The translations under genes and the position numbers were made by a program. A stretch of DNA of 64,000 nt from Octopus vulgaris (taxonomy: Eukaryota): NCBI GenBank assembly GCA_951406725.2, contig OX597835.1, positions 1,364,001-1,428,000 of the forward strand. Direction: 5' to 3'. Positions within the stretch are counted from its first letter, which is position 1. The number at the start of each line of letters is the position of its first letter. The notes below the pieces were generated by a model, which saw only the letters and a program-made list of their open reading frames with translations, was not told the DNA's origin and ran no database searches. This document shows positions 48,868 to 60,486 of this stretch, piece by piece.

Positions 48868-49250
48868 ACTCTTTTACTTGTTTCAGTCATTTTGACTGTG
48901 GCCATGCTGGAGCACCGCCTTTAGTCGAGGAAATCAACCCCAGGACTTATTCTTTGTAAGCCTGGTACTTATTCTATCGGCCTCTTTTGCCGAACCACTT
49001 AGTTACAAGGACGTAAACACACCAGCATCGGTTGTCAAGTGATGTTCGGGGGGTGGGGGGACAAACACAGACACACATACATATATACGACGGGCTTCTT
49101 TCAGTTTCTGTCTACCAAATCCACTCACAAGGATTTGGTTGACCCGAGGCTATAGTAGAAGACACTTGCCCAAGGTGCCACGCAGTGGGGTTGAACCCGG
49201 AACCATGTGGTTCATAAGCAAGCTACTTACCACACAGCCACTCCAACATC
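48868..49250 (-). mobile_element. Full-length SINE family-A copy
   Basis: Complete head GGAGTGGCTGTGTGGTAAGTAGC through tail GAAACAAGTAAAAG on the minus strand. Confidence 0.9.
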
Positions 49251-49252
49251 TT

Positions 49253-49361
49253 AAAAATATGGAACGCTTCACGAATTTGCATGTCATCCTTGCGCAGGGG
49301 CCATGCTAATCATCTCTGTATTGTTCCAATTTTAGAATATGTACCACCACAGCTAGTAAGT
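49253..49361 (-). pseudogene. U6: U6 snRNA pseudogene
   Basis: Minus strand ACATATTCTAAAATTGGAACAATACAGAGATGATTAGCATGGCCCCTGCGCAAGGATGACATGCAAATTCGTGAAGCGTTCCATATTTTT: four substitutions against canonical U6 (two CpG transitions, one just after ACAGAGA) and a degenerate 5' stem. Confidence 0.92.
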
Positions 49362-49439
49362 AGCTTATAGGAGGGAGAAAAATAATATTATTAAATGAGA
49401 GCTATAGTGGCACCCCTTTACATTTTCTCTTTTTACTTG

Positions 49440-49813
49440 TTGCTCAAAGGCATAAACTGACTCTTCCGTGTAGAGCTCCTTTATAATAAACTCGATAGAG
49501 ACACAGTGCAGTATCAGCATCACCAGTTTTTGAAAACTTTGCATAGGGCTCTGAGGAAGTATTGCCAAACTTTTGGAAAAATTTGATGCAGATTCTCTGC
49601 TCACCTTTCTCTGTTATATTCATTGCAACAATCACATGCTACACACCTTCCTTCCAAGCACTGCTGTAAACAGCAGAAGTGAGCTGGAACATTAAAACTT
49701 ATTGCACATGCACAGCAGAGTTCAAGGTCAATCTGTGTCAAGTGGCTTCACTCTCCATGCTTTAGCTTTGTTACTATGGCAACAGTCTGGATACTTATTG
49801 ATCAGACCATGTA
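49440..49813 (-). mobile_element. Mariner 5' fragment (TIR plus transposase N-terminus)
   Basis: TIR-like TACATGGTCTGATCAATAAGTATCC; EQRICIKFFQKFGNTSSEPYAKF resembles the mariner N-terminal HTH. Confidence 0.7.
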
Positions 49814-51299
49814 CATTTGGTAAAACTCCAGTTCAGGAGTTTGGGGAAGCATGGAATCACCCCTTCATTACCATTACTCCCAGGTCTATTCTGAGCTGGC
49901 ACAATAGTATCTGCCAGGATCCCATCAATGGGTTGAACCGATTTCCCAAGAGTAGAGGAAGCTCCTGTTATTCTTGACAAAGCCACAGGGAAGGCAGCTC
50001 TTGGAGGCAAAAGATACTATGGCAAAACTTGCAGTCAAAATAGTACCCGGTATCCTGCAATGCTTGTTAGTGCGATCTAATATGGCAATCAAGAAAGTGG
50101 CAAAAGCATTGTATAAGCTTTTGTCACTTAAACCCAATAATGTCCCAATGTCTCACTATCATTTAATTTGTTGGTTGAATGTGAGATAGTTCTCATCTGG
50201 CAAAAATGAGGCTGTCATCATGTATACATGTGTGTACCCTTGTCTTGATGAAGGTACACACATGAAGGTCGTAAATGAGCAGCAAGGTCGTTCAAGCGAT
50301 GTTATTTATTCTAGTCTTTTGTGAAAAACATGTCTGGCCAAGGGGAAATATTAATTTCCTTGGAGATAGGTGAAGGTTGATGACTGGAAGGGCATCTGGT
50401 CATAGAAAATCTGCCTCATAAATTCAGTGTGGTCCATGAAAGTAAAGAAATATAGACATTAAACAACGATGATGATAAGAATCGTTCAGTTCTCTAATCA
50501 ATTTATCATATTTTTACAGCTAAGATAGAATTACTGTTATCAGTTAGGTGCCTTCTTTTGCAATGCTGATGTTTGGTAAGCAATATATAGGTATGACTAT
50601 GTGCTAAGAGGTTTGCGTTTCAGCCACACATTTCTGGGTTCAGTAGAATTGCATGGTACCTTGTGCAAGTGTCTTCTGTTATTGCTCTCTGCCAACTAAA
50701 GCCTTCTGGCCATGGGGAAATATCACCTTGCATGGATACAAATGAAGGTTGACGATAGGAAGGGCATCCACCTGTAGGAAATCTACCTCAAAATCTGTCT
50801 GGCCCATGCAAGTATGGAAAAATGGACGTTAAATAATGATGATAGTAATAAACACTCACTAAAAATGGTCACTGGTAGGTTAGAGATTGTATGCATTACT
50901 GGTATAATAATTGGGTGGGAAACATAAAAGATTTCTAGTGATGTATCCTTTAAAAGAAGGTAAAAACCAGTATTTCAGGTGAGTCTTTAGCAAAATAAAG
51001 TTAGTCTCCATTTCTCTACGTACCAAAATCCAATGGCTACCTGTGACTTAACTTAAATTCTACCATAGTTCCAAAATATTGAATTTCGTTGACTTATTAC
51101 TAGACCAATTTTTGCCGTTTTTGTAATATATACAAAGGTGAATTAACTGATCCGTGATATGCCACTGGTATATCAATAACGATTCTGATGAAAGGCGCCT
51201 TAAATCAGTCTTCTTGCTAAAGAGAATTTATGAATTTTATTTTAACTTGGCAATGAGCATCTTTTGTTCCGTCTCTCACCTCCACCATCTCTCTGTTCC

Positions 51300-51969
51300 C
51301 TCTTGTTTCTGTGATGGAAGAGGATAGCGCACTTAAATCGAGTCTTTCGATATTAATGTTCTATTAGAACTTGGGATGTTTTCCTTTCGACAATAAACGG
51401 ACGGGCGGTTAAAAAAAACAAAACAACAACCCTAAGTGCTTCTGACAGAATTTGAACTCAGAAGCATTTCGTCCAGCGTTCATTGCGGTTTTGACATTAT
51501 TTTCCTTTTTCTGTATTTTCTCAAATTCATCATTTATTTTTCAGAAATCTATTGTCGATGTTATGCGCCAGCCGAAGACCATATTTCACTTTTCTTAATA
51601 TGAATTTAGATAATTAAGAGAAACCTCTGTTACGAATTAACATTATAAGTTCAATGAAACTAGAATGGATTCGATTGTTCCTAATTAATAATTTACTATT
51701 TTGTTTTCTTTACATATATTTAATACAGTTTATTAGCCACGGTCAAACGAGAGAAAGGAGTTTCACTGATAACAAAGTCTGTTTATTGTGTTAAAAACCC
51801 CGCCATGTAACGCTTAATTAAACGTCGTTTTTTTCACCAACAAAAATAACGGACGACCGAGAACCGACGACGATTCTCCGTTTGAATTTCACTTCATTTT
51901 GCAAACTTCCCAGCGAAACGCTGGAATGGAATAAATTTGGCCAACGCCGTCACCTTTACTGCACACGGG

Positions 51970-52002
<33 letters not shown>

Positions 52003-55000
52003 ATTTATAAACGTATGTGTGTGTGTGATTAATAAGAGTTTCGATATTTTCTTTAATGTTTGACAAGGATTTGAAAGTCAATTTGTGGTGAAATAATATT
52101 GTTGCATTTTAACAGCACCACGCTGGCTAATTATTAAACAGGTAATTACAATTACTAGAACTGAAAGCCGAGTGGTAGAATGTGTCAATAAGTTAGTTCG
52201 TAAATAAAGTTTGTTAGTCATGACTAATATGCTGATGTTTTTCCGTTTCTACATTTATTTAAATACTAAACCATTCCTATTCACGGGTTATAATGTCCTA
52301 GTCTTTCACCAAATATTTACAACCGGTTCACTGCTATCTTACAATATACTAAGCTTGAGAGAAGAACATTCTGACACATTATTTTATTATAAAGGAATCT
52401 GTTGTGTTGTTTGTTTTAGTTGAGATTTCTTTGTTTGGTTTCAACCCCCAAGTTTCCCGCCGATTTAAAAGCAGCGGGCTGCAGTGAATGAAAGCAACAT
52501 CTCTGAGAGATTAAAATACAAATTCTATGATATTTATATTTAACGGATGTAGTGGAAAATTTTATGGCAAAAATTTTTTCTGAATATCTTAAACATGCTT
52601 TCGATAAAGAAAATTGAAAAGGTAAATTTTCGAGAATGCTGACTTTATTTTCCCAAAATATCAACCAATGAAGCATGAGAGGAAAATTTCGTAGAAGCAA
52701 TATATGATGGCGGCGAGCTCGTTTGTTTGAGGTTAAGCTGTTACAATTGTCACATAAATTCAGGTCAGTCCGAACCACCTTGTTGTTGGAATCGTAAATA
52801 TTCAATGTTTGTGTCGCCCCGTTTGCAAGGAGTCGCAATATATCTGTGACGGTGACTCCTCGACTGCGGTTATTTGTTTTAATTGTTGTGGTTTCTCTCT
52901 TATTTTTCCTCTCTCCAATGTCTTCGTAGCACCGCACACACACACACACACACACAGATAGACACACACTCACGCATACTCACACACATACATACAGACA
53001 CACACACACACACTGAATAGAGAATGAAATGAAGTCTTGTGGATAGAGAAAGCTTTGGAAGTGGAACGAGAGAGAAAGAGATGGTGATTGTGGCACCAAC
53101 GCAAGGACAACAGGGTTTGTCTTTATACATTTTCAAATTCCCTGCCATTCCGGCCGCCAAGTCTTTCCGTTACACTCCTCGATGCTTTCACATCTTTAAA
53201 TCTCCATGATCTGGGCCATCTTCCATTAATCTATTTCTCTCTTAAATATTTATTTTCACACCATTTCGCTTTCCTTTTTCCTTCTCTTTTTACATTTATT
53301 TACCTTTCAAATCTTCCAATCAACCTCATGCTCTCTCATTTTAACCCAACAACACATTCGTTTCTCTCTTATTTTTTGCGTTTTACTTACGTCTTTCACT
53401 TTATTTATAAATTTGAATCCAATATTTACTGGTCAGGATTAGATTTAGACATTACACACACAGATCTTATTTATATATATAGATGTATATACTTTATATA
53501 CATACAATACAGATGTATATACTTTATATACATACAATACAGATGTATATACTTTATATACATACAATATAGATGTATATACTTTATATATGTATATATA
53601 GATTGCATAAATATAGTTTGTATTTATAGATTATTTATATATAAAGGCATCAGTCACTTAAATCTGTGTTGTGTACAAAATATATCGATTTTAGATGAAT
53701 TGTTTTGAAATGGTAATAACAATTTCTGTGAGCTTCATGCTTTCGCAGCATTTTGTGGCAATTAACTGATTTCACGAATACAAACTTTTTGTTTATTTAC
53801 GTTGATTTTTTAAAAAATCATAATATTTTTGCGAAATTCAAATTTTTACCCTAATTCTAAAAATGTTTTTAATTTCCAAGGTTTCTTCCTTGTGTTAGGG
53901 TTTTTCTTTTACGAGAAATAACTTTTGCCAAACTGTTGTGATCGATCGAAGTTCAGCCTGTGGCTGTTTCCCCATTATTTCTGTTCGAAATCAAAGCAAA
54001 CAGTCTCTGTGGCCGTTTCCTTTTCGTAAATACAAGTCGTGTGTGCTTGGCTTGGATGAGGCTGGTCAACAGCTTCAGGCGAGCATCCATCCATCCACCA
54101 GTGTGTGTGATGCCAGAGAAAAGCCCTCTCTCTCTCCCACAAACGGCCTCACTGGTGGTGGTGGCTCGTTTGCTGTTTATTATTCTTGCCAGCTCCAAGT
54201 AGTAGTAGCAGCAGCAGCAGCACGGCCGAAACACAACAAACCAATCTTACGACTACTACCTGATTTGGGGGAAAGAGATGGTGGTGTGTGAGCGCCGCCG
54301 CCGCCGCCTCCTCCGCTACAGTCGTCGCCGTCGTCTCTGGCACTATTTACTGAAAGAGGAACAGATTGGCCAACCAATACGACATTCTCCACATACGTGT
54401 GCGCCTGACACAGACAAGGGTACATTTTCAACGTGCAACGTTGCTTTTTCTTCCGCTTTTAAAGGCTGAATGCCAATGCAAGGGCATTTAGGAATGTGTT
54501 CTTTGAGCGGCAAAGGGTTAACGAGGAAATGTATAGGAATTAGTGATTTTCATGCCTTCATCAAAAGGTTTTGCGGGACTCGGTGCAGCGTTATATTTAT
54601 ATAAACTGATGCTGTTATCTATCTATCCTTACATCCACGTAGAATATCTTTCAAACCTATCGCTGCCAGCACTCTCACCTGTTGTAGTTGTGTAACAACT
54701 AAACGATTGCGAAAATATAATCTTGAAAACCGTTTTTTTGCCTTGTCAAATGCTTTTATGAGGACCATTTTTCTGGAATGTGAAATGTTTCATTTGAAGT
54801 GAGAGTGAACCTTTCCTATGACTGAGGAAGTGTTTTTCTCTTTTTCAATTAATGATTGCCCTGGCTTCCACTTTCCCTTACGTAGACAATTTCTTTTTTT
54901 AATGTCAAGTGTTTAATTGTTAATTTTTATATTTGTTAACAATGGCAGGTCGGAAGTCTTAATTAGATTCGTATTATTTCTCCATTGAAGCCATTTCATT

Positions 55001-55450
55001 AGATTTTCGCTCGCATTTCGAGTGGAGGGTAAATCTCGATTTTGAAGTGACGCTTTTTTGGCGCCGTCTTCGCTCGCGCTTCCATTACGGCGACTGCAGC
55101 CACGATTGTTGCTTCCAACTTTCCCATAATACTAGAAAAGCAATTGTAGTAAATATAAACGAATATGCAGATAAGATCACAGCCTTAATAACAAGTATCC
55201 TGTCATTAAGAATCTAATGGCTTGGCTAACTTCCCACTTTCAATATCCTGCAACGGCGCAGGATATTGTTTACTCATTCAATCTCGTGTAGTTTCCAAAG
55301 TTTCCAAGACATTTGAAGTACAAAAGGCACTAATGTCAGTGAGGAAAAATTACGTGTATATATATATATATATATATATAAGTATGAATGTGTGGCGGAG
55401 GTAAAGAATAAGTACACCACTCGTTTTCGTCGAAAAAGGGTGGGGCGCGT
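51300..55450. promoter_or_regulatory. CpG-enriched, transposon-poor region; probable promoter/5' end of an unidentified gene
   Basis: Many CpGs, (GCC)n at ~54294-54307, ATTGGCCAACCAAT at ~54365-54378, YY1-like ATGGCGGC at ~52707 and CCGCCAT at ~51800, ETS-like CGGAAGT at ~54951. No recognisable coding exon. Confidence 0.5.
53481..53590. repeat. 30-bp minisatellite, ~3.7 copies
   Basis: Unit AGATGTATATACTTTATATACATACAATAC. Confidence 0.95.
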
Positions 55451-56042
55451 ATGCATGTGTGTGTATATATACGTACATATATGTATGTAAATATGTATAT
55501 GCACATATATATATCTATGTATATATATATATATATACATAGATATATGCATATGTATGCACACATGCATATGTATATGTATATACATACTACACTCACG
55601 GAGTGGTTGGACTACACTCACGGAGTGGTTGGCGTTAGGAAGGGCATCCAGCCGTAGAAACACTGCCAGATTTGACTGGGCCTGATGAAGCCTTCTGGCT
55701 TCACAGACCCCAGTAGAACCGTCCAACCCATGCTAGCATGGAAAACGGACGCTAAACGATGATGATGATGATGATACATATATAATATATATATATATAT
55801 ACATACATAGATATATGTATATATATATATATATATGTGCATATGTATATACATATATATATATGCATTATGCATGGCATGTAAAAAGCACCCACTACAC
55901 TCTCGGAGTGGTTGGCGTTAGGAAGGGCAACCAGCTGTAGAAACACTGCCAGATTAGATTGGAGCCTGGTGCAGCCTCCTGGCTTCCCAGACCCCAGTCA
56001 AACCGTCCAACCCGTGCTAGCACGAACACGGACGTTAAATGA

Positions 56043-56078
<36 letters not shown>

Positions 56079-56089
56079 GTACATATATA

Positions 56090-56980
56090 CAGTTTAATGC
56101 TGAAAAGTTTGAAGCCTTGTGCTATCAGCATGCAATACCAATTAAATACACTGGACCTGGAGGGGTTGCAATTCCAGAGGCACAATAAGTGCGAGACCTG
56201 GGCATTTACATGAGTAATGATGCTTCTTTCCATGTGCATGTTGCTAAATTGGCAATGAAATGCAGGCGGCCCATAGGGTGGATTCTTAGAAGTTTTAGAG
56301 CAAGAGATCTGGAAACCATGATGGTCCTGGAGGACACTTGTCCTCAGCCAGTTTGACTATTTCTCTCAGTTATGGTCACCAACCAGTGTCAAATTAATCT
56401 CAGAACTTGGTCACCAACCAGTGTCAAATTAATCTCAGAACTTGAGGCAATCCAACAAAGCTACACGAAGATAGCCTCTATGCAGCATATAAGTTACTAG
56501 GGAAGACTCAAGAGATTAAGTCTCTATTCCTCAGAGAGTAGGCGAGAACGATATGTCATAATATATATGATGGGAGATCTTGGAGGGACTTGTCCCAAAT
56601 TTTGGCATCGAGAGTTATGCAAATACTAGAACTGGGCAACACTGCTTAATGCCAATGACTCCAAAATTGCCATCAAGATATAGAACAAGATACTGCAAGA
56701 GCCTGGGTTTCAGAGGACCACAGCTCTTCAATATCCTCCCAAAGGACCTGAGAGACCTGCATGGGGTGGATGTTGGTGTCTTTAAAAGAAAACTGGGCCT
56801 CTTCCTGTCAAGTCTCCCAGATGAGCCAACTTCACAGCAGGAGGTGCAGATGAGGGCAGTGGCATCAAATGCCCTCATGCACCAAATGTCAATTCTTAAA
56901 AAGCATTTGTGAAGTAAAATTATGTACCAACACCAAATGGTGGTGCCCCAGCATGGCCACAGTTCGTGAGCTGAAACTAG
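56090..56980 (+). mobile_element. CR1/L2-group LINE 3' fragment, decayed
   Basis: QFNAEKFEALCY...RDLGIYMS...SLGFRGPQLFNILPKDLRDL...LPDEPT; 35-bp tandem duplication at 56373-56442. Confidence 0.85.
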
Positions 56981-57009
56981 GTCAAATCACATCGATCATA
57001 TATACATAT

Positions 57010-57310
57010 GAGGTGCAATGGCCCAGTGGTTAGGATAGCAGACTTGCAGCCATAGGATCGTGGTTTCGATTCCCAGACCGGGCGATGTGAGTGTTTATTG
57101 AGCAAAAACACTTAAAGCTCGACGAGGCTCTGGCAGGGGGTGGTGGCGATCCCTGCTGTACTCTTTCGCCGCAACTTTCACTCTTTCTGTTGGCCTGCTC
57201 GCTTAGCCAGTGGGGTGGCGTCCTTTCAAGGCTAAAACAATGCGAAGCACATTGTGACCAGCGATGTGTAGCAACATCTGATAGCCTGATCGGTCACTTG
57301 ATCACGTGAT
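57010..57310 (+). mobile_element. tRNA-derived SINE with a family-C head
   Basis: GAGGTGCAATGGCCCAGTGGTTAGG...GGTTTCGATTCCCAGACC (A and B boxes). Confidence 0.8.
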
Positions 57311-57467
57311 ATATACATATATATATATACACACACATACATATTTATAAATATATATTCATATATATATATATATATATATGTATGTACACATATATAT
57401 ATATATGTATGTACACATATATATATATATACACAAACACACACACACACAAAAATATATATATAAA

Positions 57468-57511
<44 letters not shown>

Positions 57512-57636
57512 AACACACACATATATATATATGTACACACATATATATATATATATATGTACGTATATATATACATACAGACACACACATATATATATAT
57601 ATCCACACACACACATACATATCTATATATATGTGT

Positions 57637-57675
<39 letters not shown>

Positions 57676-57690
57676 TGAATATACTCTTAT
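57310..57690. repeat. Compound (TA)n/(CA)n microsatellite tract (similar tracts at 39830-40060, 40240-40690, 41747-41803, 55450-55590, 59100-59345, 60335-61015, 61205-61480, 63637-64000)
   Basis: Alternating purine-pyrimidine low-complexity sequence. Confidence 0.95.
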
Positions 57691-58045
57691 ATATTTCTGT
57701 TATTTGACTGCGGCCATGCTGGAGCACTGCGTTCAGTGGAACAAATTGAACCCAGGATTTATTCTTTGTAAGCCTAGTACTTATTCTATCGGTGTCTTTT
57801 GCCGAACCACTAGGTTATGGAGATGTAGACACCAGTATCTGTTGTCAAGCGATGGTTGGGGCAGAAACACACACACACACACATGTATACCACGGGCTTC
57901 TTTCAGTTTCCGTCTACCAACTCTACTCACCAGGTTTTGGTCTACACGAGGCTGTAGAAGAAACATGCCCAAGGGACCACACAGTGGGGCTGAACCCGTA
58001 ACCATGTAGTTGGGAAGCAAGCTTCTTACCACCACGCAGCAACTC
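57690..58045 (-). mobile_element. SINE family A
   Basis: Reverse complement of the family-A sequence. Confidence 0.85.
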
Positions 58046-58134
58046 TTGTCCCAATTCCAAATATATATCTTTATATATGTTTAGGTATATATATGCATAT
58101 GTCTATAAATACATATATATGTACATACAGCTAT

Positions 58135-59100
58135 TTACGAACAGCTATGCTACATGGCAGTGAAACATGGGCTGTGACTGCTGAGGATATGCGTAAGCTT
58201 GCAAGAAATGAAGCCAGTATGCTCCGATGGATGTGTAATGCCAGTGTTCATACTCGACAGAGTGTAAGTACCTTGAGAGAAAAGCTGGACCTAAGAAGCA
58301 TCAGTTGTGGTGTGCAAGAGAGACGTTTGCACTGGTATGGTCATGTGGCAAGAATGGATGACGATAGTTGTGTGAAAAAGTGCCACACCCTAGCGGTTGA
58401 GGGAACCTGTGGAAGAGGTAGACCCAGGAAAACCTGGGACAAGGTGGTGAAGCACGACCTTCAAACTTTAGGTTTCACCGAGGAAAAGACTAGAGACCGG
58501 GACCTATGGAAGTATGCTGTGTGTGAGAAGACCCGGCAGGACAAGTGAGGCCATAATCCCGTGGCCTACACCTGGGATGTAGCCAGCCCACTTATGCATT
58601 CCTTTCCTTCTTGGGACACAAAACTCCACTTGTGAAGACCTGTTGAGGCACGTGAAAATCAAAATCGTAATCTATCAACATCAATGGAATTTGTAGCTGT
58701 GATACCAGTGCCGGTGGCACGTAAGAGAACCATCTGAACGTGGCCGTAAAGAGAACCATCCGAAAGTGGCCGTAGCCAGCGCCGCCCGACTGGACCCGCG
58801 CCGGTGGCACGTAAAAAGCACCATCCGGCCGTGGCCGTTGCCAGCTTCTGGTCCCCGTGCCGGTGGCACGTAAAAAGCACCATCCGATCGTGGCCGTTTG
58901 CCAGCCTCGTCTGGCACCTGTGCCGGTGGCACGTAAAAAGCACCCACTATACTCACGGAGTGGTTGGCGTTAGGAAGGGCATCCAGCCGTAGAAACACTG
59001 CCAGATCAGACTGGGCCTGGTGCAGCCTTCTGGCTTCCCAGACCCCAGTTGAACCGTCCAACCCATGCTAGCATGGAAAGCGGACGTTAAATGATGATGA
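58135..59100 (+). mobile_element. Relatively intact RTE LINE 3' end (ORF C-terminus to 58548, 3' UTR unit array, (TGA)n tail)
   Basis: Open frame AMLHGSETW...WYGHVARM...GRGRPRKTW; tail ends GGACGTTAAATGATGATGA. Confidence 0.92.
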
Positions 59101-59346
59101 TACATGTATAAATACACATGTATAAATACACATGTATCTATGTATGCACATATGTTATCCATGTTTATATGTACTTAGGTATTTATGTATATATGTGCAT
59201 GTATCTATATATGTTTGTATGTGCATGCATATACATACACACGTGTCCATACGTATACATGCGTATATGTGTCTATACGTATACATGTACATATATGCGT
59301 ATATTCATGTGCATATATGCACGTAGGTATGTGTGTGTGTATATAT

Positions 59347-60250
59347 AGATGCAGGAGTGGCTGTGTGGTAAGTAGCTTGCCTACCAACCACATGGTTCCG
59401 GATTCAGTCCCACTGCGTGGCACCTTGGGCAAGTGTCTTCTACTATAGCCTCGGGCCAACCAAAGCCTTGTGAGTGGATTTGGTAGGCGGAAACTGAATG
59501 AAGCCCGTCGTATATATATATATATATATATATATACAAAAAGGGTGAAATATAATTAATTTAATAAAAATAATAAATTTCACCTAGTAGTTTATCGGTA
59601 TGGAAAAGACCATATTTGGTAAGGATTATATTAATTATAATAAAGGGTTAATTGCAACAAGTTGCTCAAAACCACATACCGAAAATGCTAGAAATGGCAG
59701 CCAGATAGGTCACCATTTCCCTACTAGTAAAAAGGTCTCCACAAACAATCAGGATTTGCAACCTGTATATGGCAAAAAAGGAAGAAGATAACGAAATCAC
59801 AGCCCTTTTGGAAATGAATCTCTGGTTCTCATCCAGAAACGAATTTTCGTCTGTAATTAATCCAAAAGGGCTGTGATTTAGTTATTTTCTTCCTTTTTGC
59901 CATATACGGGTTGCAAATCCTGATTGTTTGTGGAGACCTTTTTACTAGTAGGGAAATGGTGACCTATCTGGCTGCCATTTCTAGCATTTTCGGTATGTGG
60001 TTTTGAGCAACTTGTTGCAATTAACCCTTTATTATAATTAATATATAATGTGTGTGTGTGTGTGTGTTTGCCCCCCCCCAGCATTGCTTGACAACCGATG
60101 CTGGTGTGTTTATGTCCCCGTTACTTAGCGGTTCAGCAAAACAGACCGATAGAATAAGTACTAGGCTTCCAAAGAATAAGTGCCGGGGTCGATTTGCTCG
60201 ATTAAAGGCGATGCTCCAGCATGGCTGCAGTCAAATGACTGAAACAGGTA
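59347..60250 (+). mobile_element. SINE family A split by a fold-back insertion (59537-60044)
   Basis: 5' half 59347-59510 and 3' half 60050-60250 flank the inverted repeat. Confidence 0.85.
59627..60044. repeat. Near-perfect inverted repeat: ~185-bp arms, 48-nt spacer
   Basis: 59627-59812 versus 59861-60044; about four differences by eye; the ORF track gives the same peptide on both strands. Confidence 0.97.
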
Positions 60251-60352
60251 AAAAAAGTTTTAAAAAAAACTTTTTAAAGTATACCTGTATCATCATCATT
60301 TAACGCCTGCTTTCCATGCTAACATAGGTTGGAGTGTATATATATGTATATT

Positions 60353-60397
<45 letters not shown>

Positions 60398-60416
60398 CTG
60401 TATGTATATCTATCTA

Positions 60417-60486
<70 letters not shown>

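Noticed and set aside
49253-49361. Functional U6 snRNA gene
   Set aside because: Substitutions at conserved positions, disrupted 5' stem-loop, no recognisable upstream promoter, and transposons on both sides.
50960-50985. TTTCAG|GTGAGT possible recursive splice site or exon donor
   Set aside because: Weak polypyrimidine tract and no associated exon or host gene.
52416-53708. 185-aa (minus) and 206-aa (plus) ORFs
   Set aside because: They start or run through micro- and minisatellites, have no recognisable homology and no convincing splice structure.
58708-58944. CRISPR-like array (constant repeat with variable spacers)
   Set aside because: Eukaryotic context, no cas genes, the units lie in a LINE 3' UTR, and the variable parts are short loops of homologous hairpins.
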